A stretch of DNA of 64,000 nucleotides, from assembly GCA_008632985.1 (NCBI GenBank), contig QPGO01000005.1, forward strand, positions 310,001-374,000, in the 5' to 3' direction. Both the position numbers and the translations under genes were made by a program. This DNA comes from Psammoneis japonica (taxonomy: Eukaryota). Numbering within the stretch: the stretch's first letter is position 1; each line of letters opens with the position of its first letter. The notes under the pieces are model-generated. The model was not told the origin of the DNA, did no database searches, and was given only the letters and a program-made list of their open reading frames with translations. Positions 59,201 to 64,000 of the stretch are shown here, in pieces.

Positions 59201-60404
59201 ACATTGTTTTGTGAACCAGCTGCCACGGCAGAGTTGCAAGCTGCATTTTCCATGGTGAAGAGGGCCTCAAACCTTGAGAAATGCCCTTCGTGATGGTGTT
59301 CTCCAAGCTGCTGACATTGCCCACCCACCAGGCATTGCCACTGTGTGCTCCCAATGCCTGTCCATTCCTGCAGTTTGTGCACAGTTTGTGTGTTTGATGG
59401 AGAGAGCTGCCCGCATCAGTGCATTTGTGCATCACGCAAAAGCAGCTGCAAACAAAAAAAACACTTGCACACAATCTCAAAGGTTCCTGTTGTGAGATCC
59501 ATCAGCTGAATTCCTCCCCTGCCATCAAAGGTCAACAAGTGCTTGTGCTGTTGGCATGGCCCCAGCACCAACATCATGGCCATGCCTTTGCCCAGATTTT
59601 TCTTGCACTCAATTTGCACCTTTGTGGACATTTCTTTCTGAATGTTCCACTCCTTGGCCAACTCCTGCTTCACTGGATTGACAAACAAGGTGGGGTGCCA
59701 AAAGACCAAGAATTTCATGTCTGACTTAACTGCCTTGACTTTGGTGATGCAATCACAGTTTGGGGTGTTGGCGGTGCTTCCATTGATGCTGATGATGTGA
59801 TCATCATGTTCTGGCTTGCTGACTCACCCATGCCGGAGAGTTTGCTTGTGCAAATCACCCACCATTTTTCTTCATGGAGACACCAATCCTGGCTGCTTTT
59901 TGATGGTTGCAGCAAGGGCGGGCATGGCGTCATTGCAACAGGAGTGGCAAAAGGACAATGAATGTGGAGAAAAGTGATGTGTGGCAAGAACAACAGGAGT
60001 CATTGTAAAACATGGCGATGGGTGATGGCACCACACTTGCACATCTTTTTGAGAAGTTTCAACTCATTGTTTTGGCAGAAATGACTGTGACTGACTGCAG
60101 CCAGGCCCAAGGTCACTGCTGGTGACATGGAAGTGACTTCAACTGGGCAGTGTCTCATGCACACCACCTGATTTTCTTGTGTTTTTGTGTGTGCAGTGTT
60201 GAGAAATGCATCGGCTGTTGAAGAGCTGCTGCAATGGCTTTGTCTCATTGCCTTGGTCTCTCCTTGCAACTTTGCTGTCTTCCAAGTCTTTGTCTTCTTG
60301 TGTGATGTTGGAGCCAGCCCCGCAAGGATGCCAAGAGCTGGAGCTCTGCAAGTTGGGCTGTGGAGCATCAACTGGAAGCTGGTCAGCATGGTCACACACA
60401 ACAA

Positions 60405-60428
60405 GAGAGAGAGAGAGAGAGAGAGAGA
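60405..60428. repeat. (GA)12 microsatellite
   Basis: Seen directly. Confidence 0.95.
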
Positions 60429-60609
60429 TTTTTGGCAACATGAGCACACAACAGCCAGAGAACAGGGCATCATGATGAGTGTGTCCTGGAAGGTTGCAGC
60501 AGCTGTGAAGCAAAATTTGAGCACTCCAATCTTTAGAAAATGAAGCTGACCTGGCTGCTTGATGGCAGGGCAATGCAAACCAAGAGCTGTCTGAGTTTAA
60601 CAGCACTCA

Positions 60610-60760
60610 TGGTGCCTTTGTCTGCCAAGGATCAATTTTGCAAAGCTGCCAAAAAGCCAGAGTTTGACACAGGTGAGGAGCTGTTTGACAATTTTGAGCA
60701 AGTGTTGGCTGGCACAGTGGAAGACAAATGGGGGAGATTGGCTGATGAAGCTCTGCATGG
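60610..60760 (+). pseudogene. Possible LTR-retrotransposon gag-like remnant
   Basis: FCKAAKKPEFDTGEELFDNFEQVLAGTVEDKW reads as real coding sequence and recalls diatom retroelement gag-like ORFs. From memory only. Confidence 0.3.
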
Positions 60761-61299
60761 TGCATGGTGAAAAACTGTCTCAAGCACCTTCTTGGCAAGG
60801 GGAGTGAGTCACTTTGGTTTGCAGCACAGTGGTTGAACACATCTGCCAACCCTGAAAAACTGTTCAAATCTGAAGTGCGGGCTCAAAGGGAGGTGTTGGT
60901 GCCCTGCTGCTGCTCTTGCAAGCTCACAGCAGGAGCTGCTCCACACAGGTTGTGAGGAGCCCCCAGAACAAAAAGATGGTGTCAAAATCATGACTGCTTC
61001 ATTTCACCCAAACAAGCTCTCAGAGCTTGCACAATGCTGCAAAGCCAGCATTGATGACAAGACACACTGCGCCAACGACTGCTCGACCAGGAAATGGCCA
61101 CACCTTTGACTGTTGCTTTGGCTGTGTTCGTTGTTTTGGGGCTTTTCTTGATGGTGCTGTTGCCTTCGTGACTTTGACTGTTGCCACAGTCAACGCACGT
61201 CAAAAGTCTGTTTATTTGACTTTGGCTTTTCAGGCACTGAGACACCCTGAGCATGATGCATGGTCTGTCTGGGAGGTCTGCGGCAGGAACAGCGAAGAG

Positions 61300-61389
61300 G
61301 TGAAGTCGGACGGCGCACGCACGGCACCAAATGCGACAACATTGTCGGTCCTTCCGTCCATCCAAGTTTCAAAAAACTACACGAGAAAC
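61300..61389 (+). repeat. Right copy of the ~85-90-bp direct repeat bracketing the island
   Basis: Aligns to 51495-51579 with two small indels. Confidence 0.9.
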
Positions 61390-61627
61390 TGCGAGAAAAG
61401 CCGTTTTCTCTTTTATAAACCTGCTTACCGCTCTCCTCTCTAGAGAGTAGAAGTTTACAATTCATGTTAGAGAGGCAAGTGGGTGCTCTTTGTCGTTTTG
61501 CAAAAAGGTCCAGGAAGATTGAACGACAATAACAGACAACCAGTGGCATTTAACAACCTCTTGGTGATACCATAAAGAGAGATATGTTTAACATTGGGAT
61601 AGCACCCAGCCAAAAGGAGCATCGATA

Positions 61628-63724
61628 TCATGACGGTGATAGTTTGTCAAGTAGGTCTAGCACCTTGTCTGTTCGAGATACGGCAATCCTCCCAATTTCG
61701 TTTCCGACAGCGCTGACAACGTTGAACGGCAGACACGAAAGAAGCTCCATTGCTTGGTTTTTCCTCATGGGATAGCTTGTGTATGGCAAAGCCTGCCCAA
61801 TACCCTTCTCCCCCAACATTCCGTATACGAATGCAGTTACCGCCCAATTGGTGACATCAAAACACCCCGTGGCCTCCATATTGTCGGGAACGGCGTTAAA
61901 GAGTAGCCGGTAAATCTCTTCTTCGCCGTGGCATGCCTTAGTATGGAATTGGTCTGATGTGAAGACGGGGAGTCCATAGCCCATTTGGTCGGAAGTGTAT
62001 CGTCTCGTTCCACATTTGTCTTTTCCCCCGACAGAATCCCCCACGAGGAAACAGTAGGGCACGTCCCCACCCGTCAATTCTGCAAAGGCAGATACAATGG
62101 AGTTGCTTACGGCTTTGCATTCGATGCAGAGTTTACCAACCTTTGAATTTTCACGATAACGACGCAGAAACTGCCCCACTTCTAGTGCATCTGGGACGCC
62201 TCGGAAGGAGACAAAAAAGTTGTCTTTCTCAAAAGAACTATCAACAACTTGTTGCAAGTTCTTGACTGCCATGTGATAATCACCGACGGTGTAGAGTTTG
62301 GGCTGACGCAACGCAGCGTTGAACTGCGGCAAAAGCCCCCATAGTTTTATCAGGTACGACTCCATGTCGGTGGAGGCAAACACCCCACGAAAGCGATTGA
62401 CAACGTCGGCAGCCCGTTGGACGGCCTTTTCTAGCTTGCATGTAGTCAAACACAGTGAGTAGAGACGATTCGCTTCTTCGAGTCGATCATACATGTCCTG
62501 GAGTGTCAAGGGATTGCTTTTTGCTTGTGGCGACGAAAGGCTCTTTCTTTGTTCTGGATTGCCGCCACTACGAATAAGGCTGCGTCTCCTGGAGTCCTTT
62601 CGTTGCTTCAGAAAGAGCTGTCTATCCACGCAATCGCAGGAAAGCCCAAGGCCGCAAGAAAATGGAACGGTTGCTTCAATACATACAACCACCTTGGCAA
62701 GTTGTGCTTTGGTCAAGCTGTTCTTCAAAACCCTCACAGCCACAATTGATGCAAGAAGCTTGTCCTTGATGTATGATTGAAGCTCTTGTAGTTGTGGTTT
62801 CTCCGGTTTGACACCAAACATTGTCATAACCATATCAACGAGTAGGTCCTCCCCGTGTTTGTAAGCGTTGCCATCAGCATTTTGAGGAGCAAAGTAATTG
62901 ATACCGTTGTCCCCCATCAATACCAAAATGTCCTCCACCAATTCGTGCAAGTTCGCACACAAATGTCCACTATCCATTTCGAAACTCACAACGTTGGAGA
63001 AGTAAATCGCCAGCATCTGAAAAGGGTCGGCACCATGGGATACTTCAAACATGGTATCGATTCCCATGAGCGGTGCCCGCTGGATGTTTGACATGCAATC
63101 ATGAATGCAAATGGCCCATGATTCCAGTTCCTCGTCGGACTCTTGTCCGTTCAAAAAGTCAATGCTACACTTTAGATCCAAAACGAGACGGGTCAAATAG
63201 GTAGGCTGTTCTTTCTCAAACAGTTCTTGTCTCGTTTTCCCAAAGGCTCGAGTACCCCCAGCGTTGACAAAGCGAAAACATCCACCCTGGCTGGCCTGCA
63301 GATTCAGCGACCTCCCGGCCAGAAAGTTGCAGAACTCTTCATACGAAACAAACCCCTTGCTTTTCACGTCCATGGCGTTGAATGTCTGCTGTGAATCGGT
63401 AATCGATAGGCTCGATGCTGTCTTCATGAAATCCTTTTTGTACAACCGTTCCTCTGTATCATTCGAAGTCGTCTGAAACCACAAGTTGTTGTACAGCGCT
63501 AGATAACGCAGAAAGAGCTCGAACTCATTTCTGTCAATGAATCCATCCTTATTCACGTCGGAAGCGCGGTATGCTCTCATAATAGCCGACTTGTGCCGAT
63601 ATCTCGGCCACACAGTGCGGACAGCCGCCTCCAATTCACAAATGTTGAGTTTGCCGGTGCCGTTGAAGTCCAGCCCATCAAAGGTGCGCAAGCACGTTTC
63701 GGTGTCAGGAACGGAGACAATCAT
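61628..63724 (-). CDS. EF-hand Ca2+-binding protein with a large helical, degenerate HD-like domain
   Basis: EF loops DFNGTGKLNICE, DVNKDGFIDRNE and DVKSKGFVSYEE. Then WAICIHDCMS, ADP...LA..F(SN)VV, IEATVPF, W.LLP..N..LR...YT and F..FRGVP; intronless, 698 aa. Confidence 0.8.
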   Translation of the reverse strand: MIVSVPDTETCLRTFDGLDFNGTGKLNICELEAAVRTVWPRYRHKSAIMRAYRASDVNKDGFIDRNEFELFLRYLALYNNLWFQTTSNDTEERLYKKDFMKTASSLSITDSQQTFNAMDVKSKGFVSYEEFCNFLAGRSLNLQASQGGCFRFVNAGGTRAFGKTRQELFEKEQPTYLTRLVLDLKCSIDFLNGQESDEELESWAICIHDCMSNIQRAPLMGIDTMFEVSHGADPFQMLAIYFSNVVSFEMDSGHLCANLHELVEDILVLMGDNGINYFAPQNADGNAYKHGEDLLVDMVMTMFGVKPEKPQLQELQSYIKDKLLASIVAVRVLKNSLTKAQLAKVVVCIEATVPFSCGLGLSCDCVDRQLFLKQRKDSRRRSLIRSGGNPEQRKSLSSPQAKSNPLTLQDMYDRLEEANRLYSLCLTTCKLEKAVQRAADVVNRFRGVFASTDMESYLIKLWGLLPQFNAALRQPKLYTVGDYHMAVKNLQQVVDSSFEKDNFFVSFRGVPDALEVGQFLRRYRENSKVGKLCIECKAVSNSIVSAFAELTGGDVPYCFLVGDSVGGKDKCGTRRYTSDQMGYGLPVFTSDQFHTKACHGEEEIYRLLFNAVPDNMEATGCFDVTNWAVTAFVYGMLGEKGIGQALPYTSYPMRKNQAMELLSCLPFNVVSAVGNEIGRIAVSRTDKVLDLLDKLSPS

Positions 63725-64000
63725 AATTTATTGTTTCCTGGCTTTCGAGTTTTAAAAACAGTCAAGATTTTTCTTCGCAGGTTTAATCTACGGTAATCAA
63801 TCTATCTCGCAATACAAGGAACAGGCTCTAGCTACTAGAGAGCAAAATGAGGACTTGTACGAGTTGGCAGCATGCGGCAGCAGCGCGGCGCAGATGGCGG
63901 CCATCGAAAAAAAATGTCGGAGTTCTGTGCGTGCGCGAAAAGGAGCGAGCGCTCGAGCGAGCGGGAAAATACCGTACCACGTGTTGTGCACCCGCCTAAT

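Larger units (their letters stand above)
51600..61370. mobile_element. Composite block of heavily mutated TE/repeat relics; TpA- and CpG-depleted island
   Basis: About 23 TA in ~9.7 kb by manual count, with none between 51694 and 53793. CG is sparse in the core and TG/CA is very abundant. Contains internal tandem repeats and TE-like protein remnants; no intact gene. Confidence 0.8.

Noticed and set aside
51600..61370. Classical fungal RIP as the explanation
   Set aside because: RIP converts CpA to TpA, enriching TA and depleting CA/TG; the opposite is seen here.
51600..61370. Alternative genetic code or recoded foreign insert
   Set aside because: No long coherent frame even if TGA is read through. 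The depletion is frame- and strand-independent, and repeat copies diverge at these dinucleotides.
51648..61443. Dozens of 60-220-aa ORFs in the large island as real genes
   Set aside because: They are Cys/His/Gln/Trp-rich and nearly Tyr-free on both strands. Loss of TAA/TAG stops inflates ORF length, so they are compositional by-products.
1..64000. tRNA, rRNA or other structured RNA genes
   Set aside because: None recognised by eye; a tRNAscan-SE/Infernal run would be needed to exclude them.

Overview
Eukaryotic, intron-containing DNA, almost certainly from a diatom and probably a pennate one. The evidence is signal peptides followed by ASA-F plastid-targeting motifs, frustulin-type cysteine-rich domains, a type III metacaspase and a nuclear chlM. 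About 20 protein-coding genes are supported: chlM, a parvulin-MiaB fusion, GCP3, DBP3, VPS72/YL1, BTAF1/MOT1, a MYB factor, a RING/IBR-SF1 helicase, a cluster of three frustulin-domain genes (two fused to a metallophosphoesterase) and a stand-alone FtsZ C-terminal-like plastid protein. There are also two TIR-bounded non-autonomous elements. The most striking signal is compositional. A 9.7 kb block of decayed repeat/TE sequence (~51600-61370) and a 1.4 kb block (~39300-40720) have lost nearly all TpA as well as many CpG dinucleotides, and are rich in TpG/CpA. Repeat copies inside the window differ by TA versus CA/TG, mostly in RTA/TAY context. This suggests a repeat-targeted A:T->G:C hypermutation process whose signature is the opposite of fungal RIP. 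Scattered single-base frameshifts in conserved genes point to assembly indel errors. All counts are manual and all homology calls come from motif recognition, not database searches.
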